Shown one piece after another: positions 1-12,588 of a stretch of 64,000 nucleotides of DNA (the first letter of the stretch is position 1; every line of letters begins with the position of its first letter). The notes beneath the pieces are model-generated. The model saw nothing but the letters and a program-made list of their open reading frames with translations. It was not told the origin of the DNA and did not search any database. The position numbers were made by a program, and so were the translations under genes. The DNA lies in the NCBI RefSeq assembly GCF_963921235.1, contig NC_086102.1, positions 44,826,001 through 44,890,000 of the forward strand, given 5' to 3'. This stretch comes from Mobula hypostoma. Taxonomy: Eukaryota.

Positions 1-310
1 AAGAAAAACAACATCAGGACATAATGCTGGTAGTTTCATGATCAGCAAGTCTGGCTGGATTTTTAAAAAATATAAACTTGCACAATTAGACAATCTGAAG
101 AGGAAATGTTTGAAGATACAAAAAAGGCAACCATCATAAGTCTGGCAAACACATACAAGTCTGTAGAAAAAGAGTTACAAATCTCTTAAATGAAAGAAGA
201 TTTAAGTAAGTGAACAATTGTAACTGTCAGTGGTTCTAATTTGAACTAATAAATTATGTTGTAAATGCCAATGTTTAAAAGGCATGAGATTACAATTCTA
301 AACAAAATAT

Positions 311-560
311 CAAGTTCAAAGTACATTTATTATCAATTTATAAATTATACACCTTGCGATTTGTTTGTTTACAGCTAGCCACAAAGAAAGAAACATTAAA
401 AAACCCAAATAAAAAAACCAAAACTACTGCGCTGAGGGAGAGGGAAATCACACACACACACACCCCATGTAAACAACAGGAGCAAACGACAGCATTTTGA
501 ACCAGATGGAGCCCTTAGATCCGGTCCCGGAGTAGGCCCAAGCCTCAATCTCAGTTCATT
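311..560 (-). mobile_element. 3' end of an unclassified retroelement family (AATAAA + TTTGAAC tail), copy 1
   Basis: caagttcaaagtacatttattatc...cagccacaaa is shared with 1812-2480 and, reverse-complemented, with 39925-40160. Confidence 0.55.
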
Positions 561-1811
561 ATACTACAGGGCAAAAACTTTGCTAAATGTATCAGTAATA
601 TTTTACAGACTCATGAATATTCCAACTAAATGGAGTGTTCACTCACCTGTACAAAACAAGGTAACTCACACACAAATACTTTGCAGAGATGCGCTCTGCC
701 TCTTCAGATCTGTTGCACAGGACTGCTAGTTTAACTTCTCTGGAGATGGTTACATCTCAAGTTTTAACTTCTGCAGGTGGGAAGTCAGCAGCAGTTGTAG
801 CTATTGTACTGCTTTATGACTAAACATTCAAATCTGGGCTCTCACCCACTGCAGGTTCAGTGTGTGAATGCCTTTAAAGGTGTATTGCCATTTCAACAGC
901 ATGAGGCATTTAATAGTGCAGTGCAAAATTCCTGTTAGCAAAACATAGCCTGCCATTCACTGATGCTAACAAGGTTATGGCACCACTGGGAAACAGAAGT
1001 TTTAGCTGTCGAACAATTTCACCCTGTGATTTCCACACTTGGCAAAAAAAAAAGGAAAGTATGTACAGTCCCTTCTACGGGTGGCCCTTTAGATCATTAT
1101 TAGGAGCAGAAGGCAGTACGACTGGCTGAACTTCCTTCCACCACCAATGTGACGAGACAGTGAACGGACACAGCTGGCTGACTTCCTGGTGAGGAGGTCA
1201 TGAAAATTCACACTAATGCTGTAAAGATCAACACAATGTTAAATCTCTGCACCAAATTCGATCTTTCAACTATTGCACCAGGTATTTTAGGCCTATTTGT
1301 GGTGGGGTGGGTGTTTGGTGCTGATGATGAGACACAGCTCTCATTCTCCAAATGTCCTCGGTGTACAAAATAGGTGAAAAGGGCTAGTTAACGAGATTCC
1401 TCATTTATTTCACACCTCCTGTATAACCATGATGACTGTGGAGAAATGTGCATTCTAGAAAGAATGTAGCCACGGATAATGGTAGTCTTTCATTTGCAAT
1501 ACAAACTGAGGACTGGAAGGAGTACTGCCTTTCTGGCAAATATACCCAATTGCTCAAGAACTAGTCTTTCCACCTGAACTTTTAAAGAATTCAGAAATGT
1601 TAGTACTGCAAGGGCAGACTATGTTGCAACAATGAAAAATTGTATGAATTGACTACAGCCTTTGGCCAAAGCATCTATGGCAACGTGAAAGACAAGTTAC
1701 CAGATAAATACATTAGATCATGCAGCAACTATAAAAGGAAGAGTTGATGTTTCAGGTTTAGACTCTTCAAATAAGCCAAGTAGAAATTATCTAATAATTT
1801 ACTGTGTCATT

Positions 1812-2480
1812 GTTTCAAAGTTCAAAGCACATTTATTATCAAAGTATGTAAACTGCATACAACCTTGAGAATCATCTCCTTACAGGCAGCCACAAAACAA
1901 AGAAACCCAATGGAACACATTAAAACGAAGAGCGTCCTACACCCAATGTGCAAAAAAAGGAACAAATCGTGCAAACAATAAAAAGTAAGCAAATAACATT
2001 CAGAACAGTGAGCTCACAGCCATGAAGCCAATCACAGACGATCCAGGAGACGGCAAGCCACAGCCTCAGTTCAGCACAGAGATGAATCGCTGAGCATTGA
2101 ACTGAACCCCAGTCTGCCCTTGGACACTAGCCCCGACACCCTGACCTTTTCAATCTGGCCCATTGCTTAAGTCGGCCAAACCTTGGCTTGTTCCTCGCTC
2201 TTGGGCTTGGGCCCTGCTGCCTCGATTTGGCTCGTACCCACTCTTTCCAATCTGGCCCAGTGCTTAAATCAGTCAAACGTTGACTCTTTCCTCTCTCTGG
2301 ATCCACTGCTTCCAATCAGCTTCAAGTCCGCTCCAGCAATGGCCATATATTGGCTCATTCTGTGTTCTTGGGCCTGGGCTCCACTGCCTTGATTCAGCCC
2401 GCACATGCCTTTCAAACTTCTGTTCACACCGCAAAAATGCCAGGTCGTACATGTGGTTCAAAAGCTCATCTCCGAAAGTG
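1812..2480 (-). mobile_element. Same unclassified family, copy 2 (longer)
   Basis: tcaaagttcaaagcacatttattatc start; internal ~35-nt direct repeat caatctggccca.tgcttaa at ~2151 and ~2248. Confidence 0.55.
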
Positions 2481-2696
2481 AAGTTACAGGCTATTGACTG
2501 CTGTGATCATTTTCCAGAAAAAGTGTGATTAATAAAGTAGTTAATTGTTCAGACTTGAAATGCAAAATATTCTAAGAAAAAGCCAGGCATGTCATAAGTG
2601 GATTGTATTGGAGTTTGTTGTATTATACCCATTGTTCTCTAGTATAAATTTTAGTTTGTAATACACATTCAAAGACAGCAATAAAACGTTTCCCCA

Positions 2697-2702
2697 TTTA
2701 TT
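2697..2702 (-). promoter_or_regulatory. Candidate polyadenylation signal for PTGFRN
   Basis: AATAAA on the minus strand about 650 nt after the stop, followed by a GT/T-rich tract (tgtctttgaatgtgt). Other AATAAA hexamers exist, so it is not unique. Confidence 0.35.
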
Positions 2703-3352
2703 GAAATTCATCACTTAAAATGGAACTTCATGCCCTGCCCAAAAGCAGCAGAGAATATATTTCTCTCTGGCAGAAAAGCTCCCCACTATTCAGTACACTT
2801 TTCTCCAATGAGAAAGATTTTAAGAACATGCTGAATACATCTTGTTTATTCCCCTAGCCTCTGCCTTTTTAAAGCTGGACCTTGTCACTTTGCATAAAAT
2901 TACCTCTATAATCGTCACACAATGATTTTGAACTTGCCTTGGCAAAGCAAATACTTATTCATATTAGCATTCAAGAGAATGGAGTTTATTGCGCAACCCA
3001 CCAGTGGTAATTTGAAAGCACAGTAATATGGTGTCTGACCAGCAGGCACCAAAGTAGCGTGGCTTGGTCCAGCTCTACTTGACAGAAATGGCAAAGGTGG
3101 AAGAAACTGGCAGTATCTCCGTAGCATGACTTATTGCAGTGAAAAATAATAAATTTGCAAAAATCACACTGCCATTCCCAAATTATTTTTACTCAACTCA
3201 AGACTGAACATGGCTTTCTTAAAAATAATTACAAATCATTGCATGAGGCCAAACTCTTAAAGATTTGACATTTTCTTTGTCGTCCTCAAATGTCAGCATA
3301 CAGGTAGTTTCAGTAGTTTCTCTCCAGTGGTCACTGAACAGTGCAAAAGATC

Positions 3353-3516
3353 TCAGCTCAGGCATTTCCGGAGTAACCCACGTCGCTCATCTATCGGTAC
3401 ATTTCCTCCTCTAGGTATGCTTGCAGAAGCGCAATATCCGATGGCACAGGCGAGAATACCAATCAATAAGGCACTGCCAATCCCATACAACAAAGGCATC
3501 TTAAAGGAATCTAGTA
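3353..3516 (-). CDS. PTGFRN: PTGFRN last coding exon (TM helix + cytoplasmic tail, TGA stop)
   Basis: (V)LDSFKMPLLYGIGSALLIGILACAIGYCASA...DERRGLLRKCLS*, resembling human VLNAFKYPLLIGVGLSTVIGLLSCLIGYCS; acceptor tttttcttttag|. Exons 2-9 total 2564 nt, compatible with a phase-1 exon 1. Confidence 0.93.
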
Positions 3517-4443
3517 CTAAAAGAAAAAGTGGAAACAATAACTTAGTACATCTTTCTTTGGTCTGCTATCCTTCCTGCATTAAACCACTTATTTCTATTC
3601 CAGCACCTTATTATTTCCAAAATGTACTTTGAAGTTTCTTTTATTCACCAAGTTGTCCAATTAAACACTCATTCCCTTGGTTCTTAATATTAACTTTGTA
3701 AATATCTTATTAATTAACTTTCAGCATTTTAATATTTCTCACAATTTTTAAGCTTCTGCTACTCTCATATAACTTTGATAGTCCCAGGCTCAGGAAATTT
3801 TCACCTTTAGAGAATCACACGTTATATGCCACCTAGAAATGCACAATGCTAAAATACTCTTGTAAATATCTTCAGCATTAACTGGGATTCCTTTTTATTG
3901 AAGAGGTGTTATGTCGTCAAAGCGTCTTTGCTTTTCAAGATAACCAAAAAAAAGCTACGTTTTTAGTTCAAGGTATCTGTCTTAACAAGATGCTAACCAT
4001 GAAGTGGCCCAACAGCTTTTCCTCAGTCACTCAATACCAGGTTTATTATCAATGCCCAAGCCTGGTAGAACCCGCCATGAATCTTGGTCCACATAATATT
4101 GGCTAATTTCAGCCAGGTTTCATTTGATTCTGTGATCGCTCTTCGTACCCCAAGCCAGATAAAAAGGCAAAATATAGATCGCTCCAAATTAAAATAAAAA
4201 TTGAACTATAATACATTTTCCAGCATGCAAAATTTAAGAGAATTTATTCTTCCTGTACCCTTGTCACTTTAAACATTGACAATTATATGAAAATACACAT
4301 CCCATTTCCTACCAACGTTGGAGGAAAGATGGGAAGAAGGTATATTTTTTCCACCAAATAACATTCACACCCTTTGCACCCACTAAAAACACACGGATCA
4401 TCAGAATCTCTGGCTTCTCCTTTCCAAGCAAATTGAAACTAAC

Positions 4444-4743
4444 CTGAAATATCAACGCGTACTGAAAGTATCCCAGATTGTTGTGGTGGTATTTTCTGCC
4501 ATGTTCCAGTCTCAGATTTTATCCACGGTGCCACCTTGCAAGAATAATCTCCAGAAAAATCGCTATCGGAGCAGTGTAAGCGCAGACGGAATTGCTGCAT
4601 GCTGGTTCGCTCAACGCTCATGCTGCTGGTACCAAAGTCTTTCAGATATGTCACCACTGATCTCTGATCCACAAACACCAAAGGACTCTGGCTGACGTTA
4701 AAAGAATGTCGTTGGAAGAACCATTCCACCTCATATAAAACAT
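4444..4743 (-). CDS. PTGFRN: PTGFRN coding exon 8 (rest of Ig-V domain 6), 300 nt
   Basis: (D)VLYEVEWF...SVERTS...GDYSCKVAPWIKSETGTWQK, resembling human FDVSWF...GNYYCSVTPWVKSPTGSWQK; acceptor ttcctcag|, donor G|gttagt. Confidence 0.92.
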
Positions 4744-7355
4744 CTGAGGAAAGTCAATAAATTTGGATTAATAAACAGTCTACGACGTACATCTAAATTT
4801 GATTCAATCCCATTTATAGGATCCACAGTATTGGATGCTAATATTAACTTCTGGATTTGAGTAATGTTACTCAATTAATTTACTAACCTAGAAAAGGACA
4901 CTCGTATAGGGATATGCACATTTACCCAAAAGGGTGTTAGAATATTATTTACGGACAAGAAATCAGTGATGGAATTAGAAAATTAGTAATCAGTATAGAC
5001 TTCTGTCCAAATTGCCTTCCAAAAAGAGCACTGTTCATCTTTTACAATGGGAAGGGAGGAGTCAATGACATCGTGATTGTTCCTTAAAAATAAACCCAGA
5101 TGCATACAAAATACCTTCAACCAATACCTCACAGCAAATCCAATGTCCTGGCTTATAATAACATGAATAAGGCAGATCTGATTGCCCATTTTAAAAATAA
5201 GATTTTTCCAATGCTCAAATTTCACAATATTTTGTGGTATGTGCAGTTGAAAGTGTGATCTGATAGTGCTGGTGAGGGGAGAAGAGCATTGTGACCAAAA
5301 CGTAAACAACCAACCAGCTATCTTATTAACCAAATAAACTGAGTAAGCTGAGGACTTGAGAAATTAGTAGAGGTAGCGGGGGAAATTTGTTGAATTTAAT
5401 GTTGATTCCTTTTTTGTATCTGATTTGGAGGAGAAAATTAGATTAAAAGCAGGACACAAAGGGAGAAAAGTTTACTTCAAGCTTTTTAAATATCCGTAAC
5501 TACTTACTAGAAAGGATATATCCTACAGTTGCTTTAATTAGGTTTCAGTGCCAGAGATATTCATTAGCAAGGATCAATAGTTTCTCCTTCCTTAAAAATC
5601 AATTTGATATCCAGGCCAGTATTAACATGTGCCAACATAAAATATATCAGAGACATTTCTTGTGTTACTTCAAACCAGTTCCAATTTCTGGTAGCAAGTT
5701 AGGTTTACAAGGATCATGCAGGACCAGAACCTTCACTGCACTCAATGGATTTCATGGAGCTAAAGAACAAGTGGCTGATTTTTGCAAGGTTAATTACGGC
5801 ACCTTGTACTGCACCTTGGCTGCAAATTCTTGATATCTGTACTTAACCATGCACCATCAACATCACTATTATTTTGAAAGCAGTGGAGTAGAATCTCAAA
5901 ACAACACTGAACCTCTGCCTGTCACAGATTATTCAGCTGCTAATCTTAAAGTCACATACCAGAATAGTTCTATATATTTTAAATTAGTACATTAGTAAAA
6001 CATTGATTAGGGACACTGCATTAAATATATTCTGAAAGCTCAAAAGGTTTATCAGTGAAAGTGGGTAAAGCTTTAACCTATTACAGGGTACAGCCATCAT
6101 AACAAAATTTCAGTAGATTAATTATCGCAGAGTAACTGAATGCACTCAGTCATGCCAACCATCAGACAAACTGAAGAAACCCAAAGATCATAGAACAGTA
6201 CAGCACAGGAACAGGCCCTTCAGCTTGCAATATCTGTGCCGAACCCACGGGTATTAATTTTGTACTACCTTATTCAGTGTATTTTCATTTTGGAAGAACT
6301 TCAACTATAACACCAGTTCAGACATGAGTTCTAAGCATATAGTATCCTGGAGAGCTGTGAATAAGACCAATAGATACTTCAACCTCTCTTACAGAGAAAG
6401 GGGAGAGAGGGATGGGGGGGAAAGAGCATCAAAAAAAATTGGTTGGAAGCAAGGGATTTAACAAAGAGACACCTAAAACCCACTGATCCAAAACTTCTGC
6501 CAAACTTTTGGCCATAAATGTGGAAACCCTGAGCTTCCACACAGTTGCCTTCATTACAGACACAGTCTACATTGGTATCATTGGATTCAGTGGTAGAGGG
6601 CATCAGCCATGCGGTTATTCAGCTGGGAAATCTGACAGATGAACCAGTTCAGAGACTCCATTCATTTCAATGGAGAGGAATATCAAGCAGATAACTTTCA
6701 GCTAGTTTACATTTTAAGTCAGTTAATTTGAAAATTGAATTAAAGTTCTTTTTTGGAATGGGCTCTTAAATGTTTCAGTCAATTCATTTTCCTTAAAAAT
6801 GCAATAATTTATTAAACAATAAATGCAACATTTAGTGTTCGTAAATGTTCACACACATCCAAGACATTCCCAGATATTCGAGCTGTGACAACACTGACAG
6901 GCTTCGGGTCAGAGGTCACTGGTTGTGCAGGCATCTGTGCAATTCACAGGAGGCTGGTTAAAAGGTCTGAGCTGAGAAGGCTGTCACTGGGGCGGGGGGA
7001 ACAAGCTAAGAGTGGTTAGTGAGCAGTTCATAACTCTGATGAAACTCTAGGTCTGCTTTTGACACAAAGGATGGGGAGCATTTAAAATGAAGAGCATTTT
7101 TTCCTTCAAGTCCATTGACTTTATGCAACCTGCACATCTGATAAATGCAACATTCCCTAAAGTACATACATTTTGTGTAAAAGACAAGTAGTGGGGCTGT
7201 AGGAATTGAATCAGAACAAATTCCTAAATGGCAGCAGCTGTTATGAGAAATCACAGTAGCTTGAAGACACAAATCTGCTGAATGTCAATCAACCCAGTGA
7301 AGTTATTCTGGCACTACACACCATAATAGTTCTAGAGTAAGCTTTCTAAAATTAC

Positions 7356-7463
7356 CTGAGGTGTCCGGTATCTCCGACAGGTCAAAAGTGCAATTCATTT
7401 CCAAAGTCTCTCCTTGGTACACATGAGGTCTCTCAGACTCCAATGTCACGTTAAACTGAGGTG
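7356..7463 (-). CDS. PTGFRN: PTGFRN coding exon 7 (N-terminal part of Ig-V domain 6), 108 nt
   Basis: (A)PQFNVTLESERPHVYQGETLEMNCTFDLSEIPDTS; acceptor ctctatag|, donor G|gtaatt; same size as the short exon I recall in human PTGFRN. Confidence 0.88.
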
Positions 7464-8659
7464 CTATAGAGTAAAATGAGACATTAATAGACAAGCAATG
7501 GTATTTATAAACGCTCATCATTAAATGCAAGCATATTTTTAAACTTCGGAATTGTATTTAGTAGAAGGAAGATAAACAAATTGTACTTTACACAACTTAA
7601 GGTCTAGAATAGAACAACTAAAAGAACTCTCAGTTTCTGTGATTGGGCAGCACTGAGCACTGGATATTAAAAGACAAACCATTTTCCTAGCAACCCTTCC
7701 AGGGATTATTTGCCTTTGCTGGTGCACAATTCTGTTGATATTGACTGATTGCACAGTTCCTTCAGCAGCACCTTTCCTTCACTGAGAATTGTTGGAAAGC
7801 ATGGAAACCATGAGCAGGAAAATCTAATTGTGGCCAAGTTGGAAAAGCCTTGAAATGGAGTGTGCAATCTTCCCCGCTACAAAGCTTGCGGTCTTAGGTG
7901 GTGGTGCCTTTCTCTGCACAAACAATACAAGTCATGAAACTATCTGCTAGCCAAAATACTGGAAGAAACCCTGTTCTCTTCTTTGAAGCCATGGATCTTT
8001 TACTTCCACTCACGAGTTAAAAATACCACATCAGGTCAGCAACTTGAAATGTGTTGGGGGCGGAGGGGGGGGTGGGGAACACCATTATTTAAACTCTAAA
8101 GAAAGCAGAGAATAGTGACATGCTGGCCTATCAACAGAATGGGGCAGAACTAATAAGGATTTATGATAAGGAAATTGTATGCAACAATTGTGATAGTCTA
8201 TTTTGTTTATATGTGGTTGTAACTGGAAGAAGAGACGAGGAGCAAATGGATGCGAGAATGTTCACATTGAGGGTTATACACACGCACAGACTGAGGATTG
8301 CTTAATGGAGAGAAAGCGTAAAAATCATCCTGGTCATTTTTGGTTTGGGAGGTTATAATTTGTGGGGTGCCAGAGGGATCATTGCTGGTTCTGAACTGTT
8401 CACAGTTCATATTAACAACTTGGGCAGAGTGAGTTCTAGGAAACAAATGAACTGCTGATCATATTGTTTCTTGTGTTGTAGTCCTATATCATAGAAACAG
8501 GCCTTTCAGCCCACTTTTCCCTCCCACTGCATTCTACTACTCATTAGGAGATAACACATCTTCAGAACATTCATAATCACCTCCAGTGATACTTGATGCA
8601 AAGTATTGTTCTTACGTATGTGCCATTTCCTCATGACCCTCTTCCTTCCATAGCGCTCT

Positions 8660-9090
8660 ATGGTGTTGCTGGAGCTGACAGTCCCATGGGAAGATCGCTT
8701 GGAAGAGGCCTTCGAAAGGAAGCTCTCCAAGTACGCAGGACTGGTCAGCAACTGTCAGCAGGCTGGATGGAGAGTGAGGTGTCTCCCAGTGGAGGTTGGT
8801 TGTAGGGGGATTTGCAGCCCGTTCCTTAGTTAGAGCCTTCAGCATTTTGGGCATCGAGGGAGAGAGGAAGAGGAGAACCATCCGCAGTACCACCGATGCG
8901 GCAGAGAGGGCCTCAAGATGGCTGTGGCTCAAAAGAGGGGAGCCATGGAGTCATAAGTAGCTAGCCATCTGGACACAAGCTGGGTCACCTGGAGGAGGTT
9001 GTATGATGTTGAAAGACCCGAAACACCCGATGATTTCAGGAACATCACTGAAGATGTGTCCAGAAGCATCAGTAGATGTATGTACACAGT
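8660..9090 (+). mobile_element. 5'-truncated R2-superfamily (Hero-like) non-LTR retrotransposon: RLE endonuclease C-terminus + 3' UTR
   Basis: Translates VLLELTVPWEDRLEEAFERKLSKY...GWRVRCLPVEVGCRG/FAARSL...AAERASRWLWLKR* with a single +1 G at ~8805-8809; stop TAG at 8958-8960. Confidence 0.8.
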
Positions 9091-9225
9091 GTTTGCTTTG
9101 ATGTCCGCCAGTTTTCTCAATTTTTTTTTTAGCATTTTTCTCTCTTTACATCTTTCTAATCTCTTGCTGTTATTTTTGTTAAATTACCAATTCTTTAGTC
9201 TACCACTAGCCCTTGCATTCTCATC

Positions 9226-9304
9226 CAAGGCTTCCAAACCTTTTTTATGCCATGGACCAATACCGTTAAGCAGGGGTCTATGGATCCCAGGTTGAGAACC
9301 CCTG
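9226..9304. mobile_element. Small hAT/Charlie-like MITE
   Basis: Imperfect terminal inverted repeats caaggcttccaaacc ... ggttgagaacccctg; 8-bp TSD not recognisable. Confidence 0.5.
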
Positions 9305-9731
9305 CAGTCTTTCATTTGGTATTTGCTTAATTGCTGGAGTTAACCACAGATTTCTCCCTTTCCTCCTGGGATCCCATTTTCATATTAGGGCAGTGGAAGC
9401 TCAGCAGAAATGTATCCTATCATTTAGCTTATTCATTCAGTCAGTCCAGACCACTCTACCTTCATACCATTGTAATAAACATCATTTAGGCTGAGAACAT
9501 TGGTTATGGATTCAGGGTACAGCATTGGTGCTGACTATTTGATCCACTTCAAGTTTATGCCAGCTGCCAAAAGAGCAAGATTCCAGACAATCACAAAAGC
9601 TTACAAAATCTTAAATTTCTATGTACCTTCCCAAACTCAATCTTATGCAGAACCACACTTTGATGCTTAATTTTGGTCCAGCACCATTAACCTGCTACAA
9701 TCTTCAGTGCAAGGTAAAATTCAGGACTTAC

Positions 9732-10145
9732 CTGCTGTTTTAAAAGCGACAGCAATGGCATTTGAATAACTAGAAACGGCTTCCGACCACCTTCCATTTG
9801 CATCGGGAACCCATGCCTGTACCATGCAGTAATAAGATCCTTCATCAGAAAATTGAGTCCTGTACAGCCGAAAACGGAATTCCTTGTCACTGACTTTTTC
9901 CAAAACTAGATCTTCTGGTTGGTGGTTAATATTCAATTGCTCCAGCTTTACCACTGAATCCCGACTCAATGAGATCAGTTTTTTACTGTCCTTTGCTTCA
10001 ATAAAGGCTGGTTCATTCATTGATACAACCACCGAATAATAAGGAACTTCAAGATGCTCTGCAGAAATGCTACATGTCATTTCAAAAGTGCTACCCTTTG
10101 TAGCTACTGGTTTTTCCTCTGTTGCAGTTATGCTTAGGCGTGGGT
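9732..10145 (-). CDS. PTGFRN: PTGFRN coding exon 6 (Ig-V domain 5), 414 nt
   Basis: (D)PRLSITA...GSTFEMTC...ISLSRDSVVKLE...LVLEKV...EFRFRLYRTQFSDEGSYYC, resembling human GNTFEMTC...ISLDQDSVVKLE...VVLEKVQEDEFRYRMYQTQVSDAGLYRC; acceptor ctcctcag|, donor G|gtaagt. Confidence 0.95.
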
Positions 10146-10576
10146 CTGAGGAGTAGAAGGAGCATAAATATTAAATGCTGGTCGAGGCACCTTTTTCATG
10201 ATCCCTAAGTAACGACTCCTGAATGCCAAAGACTTCGTACACAATTATCTTAATCATTAATAATTCTACCAGAGAGTCAGCACACAGTCCTCTGCATGTC
10301 ATTTTTCCTAGCTCTCCCCAACTCACTCAGATGCTCATTGGGAAGGTGTAGAGGCCAGGCATATCTTTTAAAAACTGGCAGCATTAAAAAAGGCAGAATA
10401 AGGAAAAAATTAACCTATGCTGATCCACTTTAACAGTCTCAACAGAGCACAAAATCATGTATAAATAGTATTGCGTCTGAAAAAAGTTACAAGAGTTATA
10501 TTTATGGTGTATAGTTTTAGAGAAAATAACAGCATAGCACCTGATGTGAAGAACAAACTTCCCACAGAATTTTTAC

Positions 10577-10999
10577 CTTCAATTTTCCAGAACATATCAA
10601 CACCGAGGGAAGATGATTCCTGTTTCTTCAACCACGTATTTCCTCGTTGTTTAATCCAGGCAGAAACATTGCAAAAATATTCTCCTCGGTCAGACGCAGA
10701 TGCATGCTGCACCTGAAACTTGAAAATATACAGCCTGGGCTTCATGAAAGTAACCTCTCCTTTTTCAGCTCGCTCATTATACTGATTGCTCACTTTTAGT
10801 GTCAAATCTTGACCCATCGTTGCTATTGGGACACTCACTCTGGCATCATCATCCGACCCATTTGGCTTGAAATACCAAGTCACATCTAATCTTGCATCAT
10901 CTGTGTTTTGCAAATCTAGCAATTGGCATTCAAACTCTGCTGGTTCTCCCGAGGAGCTGGGCAGCCTTATGGAGCTTAGGTGAACAGTATACGTAGGAT
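10577..10999 (-). CDS. PTGFRN: PTGFRN coding exon 5 (Ig-V domain 4), 423 nt
   Basis: (D)PTYTVHL...PAEFEC...VTWY...DRGEYFCNVSAWIKQRGNTW, resembling human EPDYQVYL...DRGNYYCVVSAWTKQRNNSW; acceptor ttcacag|, donor G|gtaaaa. Confidence 0.95.
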
Positions 11000-11518
11000 C
11001 TGTGAATATGATTAGAGTAAAAGTTACTTTTAACACTTATATGCTAATTAACGTATCACAACCTATTTACAAGTGATCCTTTAGGTAATTTTATTGTTAT
11101 TTCAGCTGTACTTGAATCAATAAACTGGTCATAAATTTTGAGCAACGACATTTCAGTTGGAATAATACTTTTATCCCACATTTTCCATCATGAAAATTTG
11201 CCAGTTCTATGATGCTTGCACAAGAAACTTGAATTAGCCAAGAGATAAAGAAGTCACAAGATTTTCAAAAATCCATAGTACAGTACTATTGCAAGTTGCT
11301 TGAAGCATTTCTTGTTAGTTACGAAAAACAAAACAAAGTCGAGTATGGCACAAGCTGAAAAAACAATTCTAATTCATATAACAATATATTATTGATAAAT
11401 GTGTGGTTAAATTTGCACTGATATTAATCCTAGCTAGGTGCATGCTATAATCTAGCTGTCATATTTAATAAGGCAGCAATCCATTTATGAATAAAATAAT
11501 TCATACACATACATGTTT

Positions 11519-11703
11519 TTGCAGATGCAGGAAATCCTGAGTAATGCACACAAACTGTTGAAGGAACTCAGCAGGTCAGGCGGCATCTATGGAAAGGAAT
11601 AAAGAGCCAATGTTTTGGGCTAAGACCTGATGAAAGGTCTCCACCCAAAATGTTGACTAGATGCTGCCTGACCTGATGAGTTCCTCCAGCAGTTTGTACA
11701 TGT
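11519..11703. mobile_element. Palindromic Penelope pLTR-derived element (intron 4)
   Basis: Arms gaaggaactcagcaggtcaggcggcatcta / tagatgctgcctgacctgatgagttcctcc around a centre containing ctgatga. Confidence 0.75.
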
Positions 11704-11799
11704 AACAAAAACAACTTCCAACTTTAGACACTTTAGGCCTTAATAATTCTGGCACAATGAGGCTGTGACCTTGTTAAGACAGAAATTCTCTTCTCCTTT

Positions 11800-12070
11800 C
11801 AACTTCCAGGTCCATATGTACAGCTGAGGCAATGTGTTGTGTCCTTGAGCAAGGCACTTAATCACACATTGCTCTGCGACCACACTGGTGCCGAGCTGTA
11901 CGGGTCCTAATGCCCTTCCCTTGGACAACATTGGTGTTGTGGAGAGGGGAGACTTGCAGCATGGGCAACTGTTGGTCTTCCATACATCCTTGCCCAGGCC
12001 TGTGCCCTGGAGAGTGAAGACTTTCCAGGTGCAGATCCATGGTCTCGCAAGACTAACGGATGCCTTTATG
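11800..12070 (+). mobile_element. CORE-type SINE (head degraded)
   Basis: gttgtgtccttgagcaaggcacttaatcac resembles the CORE domain; distinct 3' tail ending gactaacggatgccttt. Confidence 0.55.
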
Positions 12071-12588
12071 TACGTGTGACACGTTTGAGTATGGCATTAG
12101 TCAAGAATGCAGGGAAAAGACTCGGTTTACTTGGGGTACACAAAGGAGTTCTTTTCTTTCCCTTTGCTTATTAAATAAACTGTTCAGATCCAGTCCTCAC
12201 TGTAAAACAGGGAAAGCAAGGGTTACTAGTCAGGATTTGAATATCATATAAATTCAACCACACGATTGTAATAGGCTCTCACCAGGGAAGATTGTGCCCA
12301 AAAGATACATTCCTTTCAGACAAATATTGGAATGCTCTTTCCACTGTATTGGCTTTGTTAAATCACAAGGAGTAAATAGGAAAACAAACACCCAACCCGT
12401 TCATAACGACAACCATTAGTTTATCTAAATACAACATTAACTTCATTAAGTTCTATCATTTGAGTCCTGTAAAATGCAAAGTATGTCAAGGAGAAACCTG
12501 CAATGAACACAAGGTTCTCCAACTTCATGTGATGTGGCTAATTATATCCAATTACTCATGCATGAAAAACAATGAAGAATGTAATTAC

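Noticed and set aside
1171-1190. E-box CAGCTG next to ETS site ACCAGGAAGT as an enhancer
   Set aside because: Two short motifs are expected by chance in 64 kb; no independent support.
8056-8077. G-quadruplex-like G runs (also ~20189-20218)
   Set aside because: Simple low-complexity tracts, one inside a Penelope remnant; nothing indicates function.
8995-9060. Hammerhead in the Hero-like 3' UTR (gaaac ... ctgaaga)
   Set aside because: No stem III or NUH triplet could be formed between the two boxes.
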